Positions 19,604 through 27,675 of a DNA stretch of 64,000 nt are shown here, piece after piece. The notes beneath the pieces are model-generated. The model had not been told where the DNA came from. It searched no databases and was given only the letters and a program-made list of their open reading frames with translations. The position numbers and the translations under genes were made by a program. The DNA comes from a virus, in IMG/VR virus record IMGVR_UViG_3300034378_000186, positions 16,793-80,792 of that record; one strand, written 5' to 3'. Numbering within the stretch: position 1 is the first letter of the stretch; every line of letters begins with the position of its first letter.

Positions 19604-19628
19604 TTCACTGAACGTAGGGTTTCAGATG
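19490..19628 (+). ncRNA. Predicted omegaRNA of element 1 (5' end approximate); guide TGAACGTAGGGTTTCAGATG (19609-19628)
   Basis: TnpB omegaRNAs overlap the tnpB 3' end and right end and take their guide from the flank; right-end hairpin and TCAC terminus seen. Confidence 0.65.
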
Positions 19629-19671
19629 CAGTTTAGGATTAAAAAAAATAAATCTAATTCTTAATTAAAAG

Positions 19672-20070
19672 ATGATTGATATGACTCCAGAAGACAGACG
19701 ATGGTTAGAAGAAATGGTAGGAAGAATTTCGGATAACATCGAAAACAATAAAGAAAATATTGATTTAAGAATCTTAGGGTTGTCTGGAGAGATGAAGAGT
19801 AATTTTAACTTGACCAATTTTCAACTTGAGGAGATAAAGAAACAGGTTATATTGACAAACAGTAGGGTTAATAAATTGGAAGAAAAGGAGAAAGGATCTT
19901 ATCCAAGATTGGTTGCTGTTGAAAAAGAAATGAAAGGGATATTAAAAGAAACTGAAGAAGTTAGATTTTTTAATCGTCATCCGAGATTTTTAAAATTAAT
20001 TCTTTGGTTGATAGGGTTAATATCTGCCGGATCTTTTGCTTTACAGATTATTCAGAAACTTATAAAATAA
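19672..20070 (+). CDS. Coiled-coil protein with C-terminal TM helix (lysis-associated candidate)
   Basis: C-terminal LKLILWLIGLISAGSFALQII; directly upstream of the amidase. Confidence 0.5.
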   Translation: MIDMTPEDRRWLEEMVGRISDNIENNKENIDLRILGLSGEMKSNFNLTNFQLEEIKKQVILTNSRVNKLEEKEKGSYPRLVAVEKEMKGILKETEEVRFFNRHPRFLKLILWLIGLISAGSFALQIIQKLIK

Positions 20071-20076
20071 GTAATT

Positions 20077-20772
20077 ATGGATCTAACTAAATACAAAAAT
20101 GTTCCAAGGGAATATCTAAAAGGAGATTCTAGGACTTGTCAGATCATAGATAATGGTCATGGAGGCATGAAAGATTATAAAAGATATGATTCTCCTTTAG
20201 CTTATTTAACTCCTGAAATATATGGTAAAAAGGCAAATCATTATACCCATATATTTTTCGAGGGGACATGGAATAGGATTGTAGCTCTGGAAATTGCAAA
20301 AGTCTTATATGATATGAAATTGAATTATAAGATTATTGTTCCAGAGGAAGAAGATGTTTATTTATCAGAAAGATGCAGGAGGGCAAATGAATTTGCAAGT
20401 CAACATCTGAATCTTAAAACATTCTTTCATTCTATTCATGGTAATGCTTTTGGTTTAGAATCTGTAAAAGGTATTGAAGTTTACACTTCTATTGGTACCA
20501 CAAAATCGGATGAAATTGCTACTATTTTCTATGAAAAATATAATGGTTATATTGGTTGGAATATGAGATCTGATTGGTCTGATGGTGATGCAGATAAGGA
20601 AGCAAAATTTACTGTACTTACTCAAACCAATATGCCTGCTATTTTAAGTGAACTTGGTTTTTATACTAATCCTGATGAATGTTTGGAAATGTTACAAACC
20701 AAAAATATTAAATTGATTGCAGAAACTATCGGTAAGGCACATAAGGAGCTTGAGGATAATAAAATATTGTGA
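20077..20772 (+). CDS. Endolysin, N-acetylmuramoyl-L-alanine amidase (Amidase_3 type)
   Basis: IIDNGHGG, E-WN, LSERCRRAN, SIHGNA, PAILSELGFYTN. Confidence 0.9.
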   Translation: MDLTKYKNVPREYLKGDSRTCQIIDNGHGGMKDYKRYDSPLAYLTPEIYGKKANHYTHIFFEGTWNRIVALEIAKVLYDMKLNYKIIVPEEEDVYLSERCRRANEFASQHLNLKTFFHSIHGNAFGLESVKGIEVYTSIGTTKSDEIATIFYEKYNGYIGWNMRSDWSDGDADKEAKFTVLTQTNMPAILSELGFYTNPDECLEMLQTKNIKLIAETIGKAHKELEDNKIL

Positions 20773-20822
20773 AATTTTTCTTATATTTATAAATTAAAAT
20801 CGGTTTTTAAAAAACTAAAATT

Positions 20823-21041
20823 ATGCAAGATTTTGAAAAAGAATTAAAACTGCGCAGAATTCAAGAAAGGGATCATATTGAAAAATCAACAGAAGAAAAT
20901 CTGTATGAAAATCAAGCAAAAGCCCGTAAAATTCAAGATCAAAAAATTCATGCTTTGAATGTAATTCAAAAGGCTGTGAATGAGGGAGAACTTGAAAAGG
21001 ATGTTTTTATGAAGGCAGTTGGGAAAGTTGTTAATAATTAA
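20823..21041 (+). CDS. Small protein with repeated putative protease motifs
   Basis: IEKS, IQKA and FMKA within 72 aa. Confidence 0.5.
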   Translation: MQDFEKELKLRRIQERDHIEKSTEENLYENQAKARKIQDQKIHALNVIQKAVNEGELEKDVFMKAVGKVVNN

Positions 21042-21814
21042 TGGTACCAATTACTTTGGACATATCGGAAACGATCCAAGAGTTTTCCATGAATCAGGAA
21101 CAAGCTCAAGGGTTAGCTTCTTTTTTGATTGAATCTATTGCAACTGAATATATGGATGCTTGGGAAAAGACGGTTGATAGTGAATTGACTCAAACTCAAG
21201 ATGTTTATAAATCTGCAATGAAGGTTGAATATCCAGATTATAAATCATGTGTATTTATATTGGAAGGGAAAGGAGATCGAAAGATGGCTTTAATGCTTGA
21301 AATGGGGGTAAGTCCTTTTGATATGAAGGATGGGTTTTCCAGAAGTTCAAAGAGAAAGAAAAGTAAAACAAGGCCCGGAGGTTGGTTTTTACATGTTCCA
21401 TTTAGATTGGCAACGGCTCAGGCTTTAGCAACAAGTAATATTTTTTCAGGGCAAATGCCAAAACCAATTGAAAATCTTGCTAAGAATTTACCTGGAAAAA
21501 GTCAGTTAAAGATAGCTGATATTCCTGAAGAATTTCAAATAAAAGGTATGAGGAAAGAGATCGTAACTAAAGATACGATTTTTCCTGCTTATGTTCATAA
21601 ATCAACCATGTATGAAGGAATTCAACATTCACCTAAACAAAATCATGGTCAATATGTGAAATTTAGAACTGTAGCTAATACTGAAGGACAAGAAATGGCC
21701 TGGGTTCATCCAGGATTTAAAGAATATAATTTAATGGGAAAGGCAATGGAAAAAATTAAATTGCCTATTTTATTTAGTCGTTCAATTGATCAATATTTAC
21801 AGGGAACACAATAA
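21041..21814 (+). CDS. Neck/tail completion protein
   Basis: LEMGVSPFDMK, GGWFLHVPFR, YVKFRTV, WVHPG; synteny. Confidence 0.7.
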   Translation: MVPITLDISETIQEFSMNQEQAQGLASFLIESIATEYMDAWEKTVDSELTQTQDVYKSAMKVEYPDYKSCVFILEGKGDRKMALMLEMGVSPFDMKDGFSRSSKRKKSKTRPGGWFLHVPFRLATAQALATSNIFSGQMPKPIENLAKNLPGKSQLKIADIPEEFQIKGMRKEIVTKDTIFPAYVHKSTMYEGIQHSPKQNHGQYVKFRTVANTEGQEMAWVHPGFKEYNLMGKAMEKIKLPILFSRSIDQYLQGTQ

Positions 21815-22506
21815 TGATAATTGTACCTCAGATAAAAATAGAAAAAGTATTGGAAACATTAATCAAGTTTGTGGTTGATGATTACAATAATAAGATTTTT
21901 GCTACTCTTGAAACTGAGGCTTGGTTGTATAGGGTGTTTCATGGATTGAAGGTAAGAGAATTTGATTATTATATTCAGTCAATTGAAATGCTGGTAAATA
22001 GAGGTGAAAATAGTCCAAGGAGATTGGAAATAAGAAGAGATTTCGATCCTGAAAGGGCTACTCTTCCTACTATATTTATAAATACTCCAAGTGAAACACA
22101 ACAGGGAGAAAATACTGTTGGGATGGGATTAGGTTCAACTACTGAGTTTTTTAATAATAATGATGGAACTCAAACAGAAACTTATTCAAGACATTTCAAA
22201 GGTATTTATGAATTAATGATTACAAGTAATAATAAGGATGAGGCTGAATTATTATATAGATTTCTTCAGGCTGTTTTTATTGCTGCTGCAGATACTTTAA
22301 GTTTTACATTTGCAGGAACATTTGAATGGTCAGGAAAACAATTAATGTCAAATCCGGAGTTGATAGAAACTCCATTATCGATTAGAGTTTTAACAATAAC
22401 AATATATAATGAAATTAGGGTACCAAGATTAATGACGAGTTCTTATGGGGATGATGTTGAATTCACTGGAACTCCTCTTGATCCTGATGCTATTCCTTCA
22501 CCATAA
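21814..22506 (+). CDS. Tail terminator/completion-like protein
   Basis: Position before sheath; LPTIFINTPSE and YELMITSNN pattern. Confidence 0.55.
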   Translation: MIIVPQIKIEKVLETLIKFVVDDYNNKIFATLETEAWLYRVFHGLKVREFDYYIQSIEMLVNRGENSPRRLEIRRDFDPERATLPTIFINTPSETQQGENTVGMGLGSTTEFFNNNDGTQTETYSRHFKGIYELMITSNNKDEAELLYRFLQAVFIAAADTLSFTFAGTFEWSGKQLMSNPELIETPLSIRVLTITIYNEIRVPRLMTSSYGDDVEFTGTPLDPDAIPSP

Positions 22507-22518
22507 AAAATAAATATC

Positions 22519-22794
22519 ATGGCAGATCCAAAATCACCAAAAGAAAAAACTAAGGCAGAACAGGAAAAAATAATGAAAGAAAATAAGAGTTCTGATTCTG
22601 GGGAAGGTGTTAATATAACTCCTCCAAAACAAAAAACTCAATTTAGTGCTGATGAGATCGGTAATAAATTGCAATTAAATGTTTATCTTAGAGAATTTAT
22701 AAAAAGAAAATATTCCAAAGGTCAACATAAAAATAAGTCTTACAAAATGGATGACTGGAAAAAAATGTTGAAAAAAGATGGTTTAGATTTATAA
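22519..22794 (+). CDS. Small basic hypothetical protein
   Basis: 91-aa ORF immediately before sheath. Confidence 0.5.
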   Translation: MADPKSPKEKTKAEQEKIMKENKSSDSGEGVNITPPKQKTQFSADEIGNKLQLNVYLREFIKRKYSKGQHKNKSYKMDDWKKMLKKDGLDL

Positions 22795-22858
22795 AAAGTG
22801 ATATTTTTTTATTACTTTTATATATTATATTTTCGGTTTTTATTCAATTTTGAAAGAT

Positions 22859-24499
22859 ATGCCAACAATTCAATATTTTAACGGAAAAAGGGTTGTCCTT
22901 CCAGGTGTTTATTCAACAATTAAATCTGGTGTTCAAAACCCTCCTGAAGTTTCAGATTATAGCAAAATTCTTGTTATTGATACTGGTTCTCAAGCCGGTT
23001 ATGGAGGTGGTTCAGGAATAAATGGAGCTATAAATAATGGATTGGATTCTGTTTATGAATTCCGTGATCTTGCAACATATAGAGAGTTTCTTAAAGGGGG
23101 AATCCTTTGGAAATGTGCAGAAGGATTGTTTAAACCTGACGGAGGAGATCCAGGAGCTTCAGTTGTTTATCATGTGAAAGCTGCAACTACCGAAAAATCT
23201 TCAATGGACTTTTCTCCAACTGGAGGTGGTGACAATGGAGGTGTTTTCAATATTTCTCCAAAAGATGAGGGTGTTGGGGCTAATGGTGTTTTAGATGCTG
23301 GAAATAATGACAACCTTTATAAAGGGTTTGCTTATTCAATTGAAGCAGGAATCAAAGATACGAATAAATGGATTTTCAAATTATGGAGAGGTTCCTATAC
23401 AGGTCTTCATACAGATAGTATTCCTTATGATGAGGTTGCTCAGGCTGATGCTTTTCCTATATTAATAACTCAATCTCCTGAATTTGATAATGTTCAGGAA
23501 TTGATTGATTGGGCAAATTCTGATGCTAATTTTGGAGATTATTTTATTTTAAATACTGGAACTGTTACTGGAACAGGTGCAGTAGTAGAAGGAGATATTC
23601 CTTCAGGTTATCAGGTTTCTGCTGGAGGTACTGAAACTTATGATGTTGCAGATTTAACTGCTGTTTTAGAAGCAATTAAAGATATTCAATATACTCATAT
23701 TCTTTGTGATAAGTGGGGTAAAGATGATTATGATGGGGCAACTGTAGGGGCAATTGTTTCTCATATTGAAACAGATGCTAAATTTAGCAAATATATGTTT
23801 TATGGTGGAGGTAAAGATAAAACTGAATTTACTCAGGCTGATGGTTCAATTGCTCAAGCTGCATTCTTTGATACTAAAAGAGTTTTGGTTGTTCATGGGG
23901 ATGCTAAAAAAGCAAGTACTGCAGTTGCAGAAGGATTCAGAAGATGGCCTACAGTTTACAAATCTGCTGTTTGTGTGGGTAAAATTGCCGGTCTTGCTCC
24001 TCAGGTTCCAGGTACCTTTAAATCAATTGCAATTGATGGGGAATACCACAACCTTACTGATCTTGAGAAAGAAAGAGCATTGGAAGGTGGAGTTTTTGCA
24101 ACATATTTTGATGCAGATTTTAATAACTTTGTTATGCTCCAGGCAATTAATTCGATTCAAAATAACATCAATTTAATTCTTCCTAATGGTGATTCATTTG
24201 AACATCAGATTGAAAGGATTAAAACTCAATTGAATACTGATCTTAGTGTCAACGCTAAAAAACAGTTATTGGGTCAACCTAATGGTGTTAACAGAAATAC
24301 TTTGAATGAAACCATTGTTAAAAACTGGACTGAAGGTTTCTTGGAAACTAAAAAAGCAACAGATAGTCAGGATAATTTGATTATCCGTTATCAATCTGTT
24401 ACTGTTACCAGGGATCAAGACACTTATAAAGTTACTTATGAGTTCGAACCTAATGGACCAATTAACAAGTTATTATTCACTGGATTTATAATTGATTAA
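22859..24499 (+). CDS. Tail sheath protein (ATG at 22859)
   Basis: FNGKRVVLPGVYS N-terminus; size about 546 aa; C-terminal VTYEFEPNGPINKL; precedes tube. Confidence 0.88.
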   Translation: MPTIQYFNGKRVVLPGVYSTIKSGVQNPPEVSDYSKILVIDTGSQAGYGGGSGINGAINNGLDSVYEFRDLATYREFLKGGILWKCAEGLFKPDGGDPGASVVYHVKAATTEKSSMDFSPTGGGDNGGVFNISPKDEGVGANGVLDAGNNDNLYKGFAYSIEAGIKDTNKWIFKLWRGSYTGLHTDSIPYDEVAQADAFPILITQSPEFDNVQELIDWANSDANFGDYFILNTGTVTGTGAVVEGDIPSGYQVSAGGTETYDVADLTAVLEAIKDIQYTHILCDKWGKDDYDGATVGAIVSHIETDAKFSKYMFYGGGKDKTEFTQADGSIAQAAFFDTKRVLVVHGDAKKASTAVAEGFRRWPTVYKSAVCVGKIAGLAPQVPGTFKSIAIDGEYHNLTDLEKERALEGGVFATYFDADFNNFVMLQAINSIQNNINLILPNGDSFEHQIERIKTQLNTDLSVNAKKQLLGQPNGVNRNTLNETIVKNWTEGFLETKKATDSQDNLIIRYQSVTVTRDQDTYKVTYEFEPNGPINKLLFTGFIID

Positions 24500-24526
24500 A
24501 ACATTCGATAATATAATTTAGAAAAA

Positions 24527-25018
24527 ATGGCTCAAGATACAGATACTAGAACGTTAACTGCTCCTTTGGCAATTATCAAAATAAACAGAGAATCCAGTGG
24601 ATTCATGAGAAATGTCCGTGTTACTGAAACTATACAGCGTGCAGATGTAAAAGGTATCAGTAATCTTTTGACACGGGAAGTTCCTGCTGTTGGTATTACT
24701 TGTTCGCTTTCCTGTGATTTCTTCTTTATTAGTCTGAAGAGACCTGAAATGAGGAAGTTCTTAATGAGAGATCAGGGGAAAGATATTCTTGTGAATACTT
24801 TGATATTAGGAGAAGTTCCGACGGAAATTCAGATCTTAAGAAAGGTTGGTGTTTTTGATCAATCAGGAGAATTAGTGATAGATCTGGACACTCCAAAAAC
24901 AATTGCTTCAATTAATGATTTCTACGCTGAAACTCAGAATTTCGATATTACTGAAAATCAGGTTTCTGGCGCAAATATATCAGGAAGATATTTAACTCCA
25001 GTTTTCTTTAACGAGTAA
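24527..25018 (+). CDS. Tail tube protein
   Basis: Follows sheath; 163 aa; ends GRYLTP like Twort-type tube proteins. Confidence 0.8.
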   Translation: MAQDTDTRTLTAPLAIIKINRESSGFMRNVRVTETIQRADVKGISNLLTREVPAVGITCSLSCDFFFISLKRPEMRKFLMRDQGKDILVNTLILGEVPTEIQILRKVGVFDQSGELVIDLDTPKTIASINDFYAETQNFDITENQVSGANISGRYLTPVFFNE

Positions 25019-25043
25019 AAAATAAAATAAACAATATTAGGTT

Positions 25044-25424
25044 ATGAATAAAAAAGTAGAACTTTCGATTAAAAACAACAGTTATGTTGTTGATTTCCCT
25101 AATGCAGGTCAATTAGTTGATATTGAATTTTTAAAATCCACTCTAAGTAAAGGTATGTATGGAAGTATGATGGCAAGTAGAACTGTGGACAGTAATTTTG
25201 CTTTAGATGTTATCGATACTGATGCTTATATGAGGATTCTGGTTCCAAGTTTAATAAAAGATTTAAAAATTGATTCAATTAAAGAATTATCTATTGAGGA
25301 TATGATGGAATTGATTAAAGCTTTTAAAAATGATTTGGTACCTTTTATCAAGCAATGGAGAGACCTAATAAGGGAACATTATGAAGAATTGGTAAAAGAA
25401 ACAAATCCAGAACCAGAAGGTTAA
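25044..25424 (+). CDS. Putative tail assembly chaperone
   Basis: Between tube and tape measure. Confidence 0.6.
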   Translation: MNKKVELSIKNNSYVVDFPNAGQLVDIEFLKSTLSKGMYGSMMASRTVDSNFALDVIDTDAYMRILVPSLIKDLKIDSIKELSIEDMMELIKAFKNDLVPFIKQWRDLIREHYEELVKETNPEPEG

Positions 25425-25445
25425 TATTCAGTAAAATGAATCAGG

Positions 25446-25832
25446 ATGTGTTTTTTAAGAATATTCGGTAAAAAAAAGAAGAGCCAGGAGTATGAAATAA
25501 AAGGTATTTTAGATAAAAATCAGTTTATAAATTTCATATATAAATGGAATGTTGATAATCCTATAGACAGGTGGTGGAGAGAAAAACACGGAATTGCTTT
25601 CAATTCACCTGAACATAGGATTTCTTGTTTTATAGATCAATTTATGGAATATCAGGAAGATAAGATCTATGATCAGATATTTGATAAAATTAAGGATGGT
25701 CGATATGATCCTAAGAAAAGTAATTACTTAAAAGAACAAAAGGAGAAAGCTCAAGAATTAACTAATGAGGATTATATTAACGCATTTTTAAAAGCAGAGG
25801 ATAAAAAAATAAATAAAAATAAAGATGGCTGA
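25446..25832 (+). CDS. Putative second tail assembly chaperone / hypothetical
   Basis: Synteny; WNVDNPIDRWWREKHGIAF motif. Confidence 0.45.
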   Translation: MCFLRIFGKKKKSQEYEIKGILDKNQFINFIYKWNVDNPIDRWWREKHGIAFNSPEHRISCFIDQFMEYQEDKIYDQIFDKIKDGRYDPKKSNYLKEQKEKAQELTNEDYINAFLKAEDKKINKNKDG

Positions 25833-27675
25833 TGATAAGCAAATAAGGGTTGGTATTGATGATAGTGGAGTAAAATCCTATATTAGCAATATAAGACAAC
25901 AAAACGAATCTCTTGCTAGACAGGTTGAAGAAACCTCCAGGAAGATGATTCGTGATGCAAGGGCTTATACAACATCTGCCGCTGAAGTAAATAGATTTTT
26001 AAAAGAAAGAATTTCTCTACTTGAAAAAGAGGGTAGATTAAGAGAACAATATAATAGGGAAGAACTTAAGGGGGCACTTTCCGGTGGTCAAATTTCTCAA
26101 CCAACTTATGAAAGAAGAATGAGTGAAATGTCCTTTGAAAGGGGACAAGAAAAATTATTGGTTCAGGAATTAAAGGCTATTAGAGAAGCAATTCTTAAAA
26201 CATCTAAGGATGAAATTATTTCAGATCGTGTTAATGTTGAGAAACAAGTAGCACAATCTGGATCTGTTGGAATGTTAAGACCTGGTGGAGATGAATATCA
26301 AATATTAAAGGAAACTTATCAACAGGCAGAATTAGAAAAATTAAAAGATTCAGAAGTAGTTCAACAAGGTGGTAGAAGGGCAATGTACGGAGGAGGGCAA
26401 CAAGTTCCTGCATGGATGAATAATTTGGAACAATATTCTACTTTTGCTGGACTTACAACAGGAATTGTTTCTGGAGCTTCAAGGTGGGCACAAAGAGAAA
26501 GGGTTGGAACATCTCAAAGTGTATTTGAAAAAAAAGCAGAAGATTTTCAAGATGTTATAAAAGATGTTGAAGTTGAGGCTACTGCTGCAGGATTCGGGGG
26601 AAGTCTTCCTATTGGGGTTCCTTTAGCTTTAATTGCTGCAGGTCTTGCAGTTGGATTTTCTACTACTCATGCTGCTGAACAGAATATGAGGGAAGCTGCA
26701 AGGGGTGGATTTGGAAGAGGGAAATCTTTTATAGGGGCTGGATTAACTTCTTCTGAATGGGGTAGGGAAGCTTCACTTTTGGCAACTGCTGGAGGTGTTG
26801 GTTCTGGATCTTTTCAAGCTGGAGAATTGGGTCAATTATATGCAATAACAAGAGGTAGTCCTGTTGGAGCAGGTCAACTTGGTCAATTAATGAGATTTAA
26901 GGAATTTTCAAGGGCATATGGAAAAGATTTTTCTACTATAGCAGCTTATAGTCAACTTGAAGCTGATTTGGTTGGGGATACTTGGTGGTATATATCAGGA
27001 AAGAAAAAGGGGCAAATAGGAAAGTTTGTTCCTTCTGAGTTTGGTATTGATGTAAATGCAATGCCTGAATATTTAGGTATGTTGTCAAATCTTATGATGG
27101 AGGATTATACTCAAACTGGAAATATAAGGGCTGGATCTGCTCAATCTTTGATGATGAATATGATGAGAACTGGGGCAAGAGGGGGGTTCCTTCAACATTT
27201 AATGCAAAGTTTTCAAGCTGGTAATATGAGGTCTCAGAATCCTCTAATTCAATCTATTCAATTTGAAGCTGCCAGAGCTGTTGCCGGAGAAGATGCAAGT
27301 TATTGGGATGTTCAAAAAATAATGGCAGATCCTTTGAATACAGATTATCAAAGGGAATTGTTAAAAAGATACAGAGAAGTTTCCGGTGGAGGAGAAATGT
27401 ATGAAAAGGTTTTGGCTGATGTATATGGAATTAATCCAAATGCTGCAGAAGAATTATCAAAACTTAAAATAAAAACTAAATATTCTGATGAATGGTTTCA
27501 AAAACAACAAGAAATATTAGGAACTATTGCAGGATCAAGAATGTATACAGGATCTTTAACAGAATTGGAAGCAAGATTTAGAGAAGGGAAAGAAGATCTT
27601 TTTGTTGGGGCTATTCAAAAATTATCAGATCAAATAAATAATTTGGCTAAAAAAATTGAAAGGATGGGTTTATAA
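25825..27675 (+). CDS. Tape measure-like protein (616 aa)
   Basis: Helical Gly/Ala/Met-rich with a central hydrophobic segment; position after chaperones. Confidence 0.7.
   Translation: MADDKQIRVGIDDSGVKSYISNIRQQNESLARQVEETSRKMIRDARAYTTSAAEVNRFLKERISLLEKEGRLREQYNREELKGALSGGQISQPTYERRMSEMSFERGQEKLLVQELKAIREAILKTSKDEIISDRVNVEKQVAQSGSVGMLRPGGDEYQILKETYQQAELEKLKDSEVVQQGGRRAMYGGGQQVPAWMNNLEQYSTFAGLTTGIVSGASRWAQRERVGTSQSVFEKKAEDFQDVIKDVEVEATAAGFGGSLPIGVPLALIAAGLAVGFSTTHAAEQNMREAARGGFGRGKSFIGAGLTSSEWGREASLLATAGGVGSGSFQAGELGQLYAITRGSPVGAGQLGQLMRFKEFSRAYGKDFSTIAAYSQLEADLVGDTWWYISGKKKGQIGKFVPSEFGIDVNAMPEYLGMLSNLMMEDYTQTGNIRAGSAQSLMMNMMRTGARGGFLQHLMQSFQAGNMRSQNPLIQSIQFEAARAVAGEDASYWDVQKIMADPLNTDYQRELLKRYREVSGGGEMYEKVLADVYGINPNAAEELSKLKIKTKYSDEWFQKQQEILGTIAGSRMYTGSLTELEARFREGKEDLFVGAIQKLSDQINNLAKKIERMGL

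Larger units (their letters stand above)
17587..19608 (+). mobile_element. IS200/IS605-family (IS1341-like, no tnpA) TnpB element 1; TAM TTTAT; carries a nested GIY-YIG insertion
   Basis: TTTAT at 17582-17586; left-end hairpin CCAATTCATCGCTTTAGCGTGGATTGG; right-end hairpin CCCAACCCATCGGCTCTGCCGTGGGTGGG ending TAGTTCAC; no TSD; empty site restores an ORF. Confidence 0.92.

Noticed and set aside
17722-19608. 628-aa and 398-aa antisense ORFs as genuine protein-coding genes
   Set aside because: No recognisable domains and the composition mirrors the opposite strand. Not listed as CDS; kept only as an open-frame observation.
25044-25832. Programmed frameshift between tail chaperone genes
   Set aside because: No clear slippery heptamer at the end of the first ORF, and the second ORF has its own ATG 21 nt after the stop.
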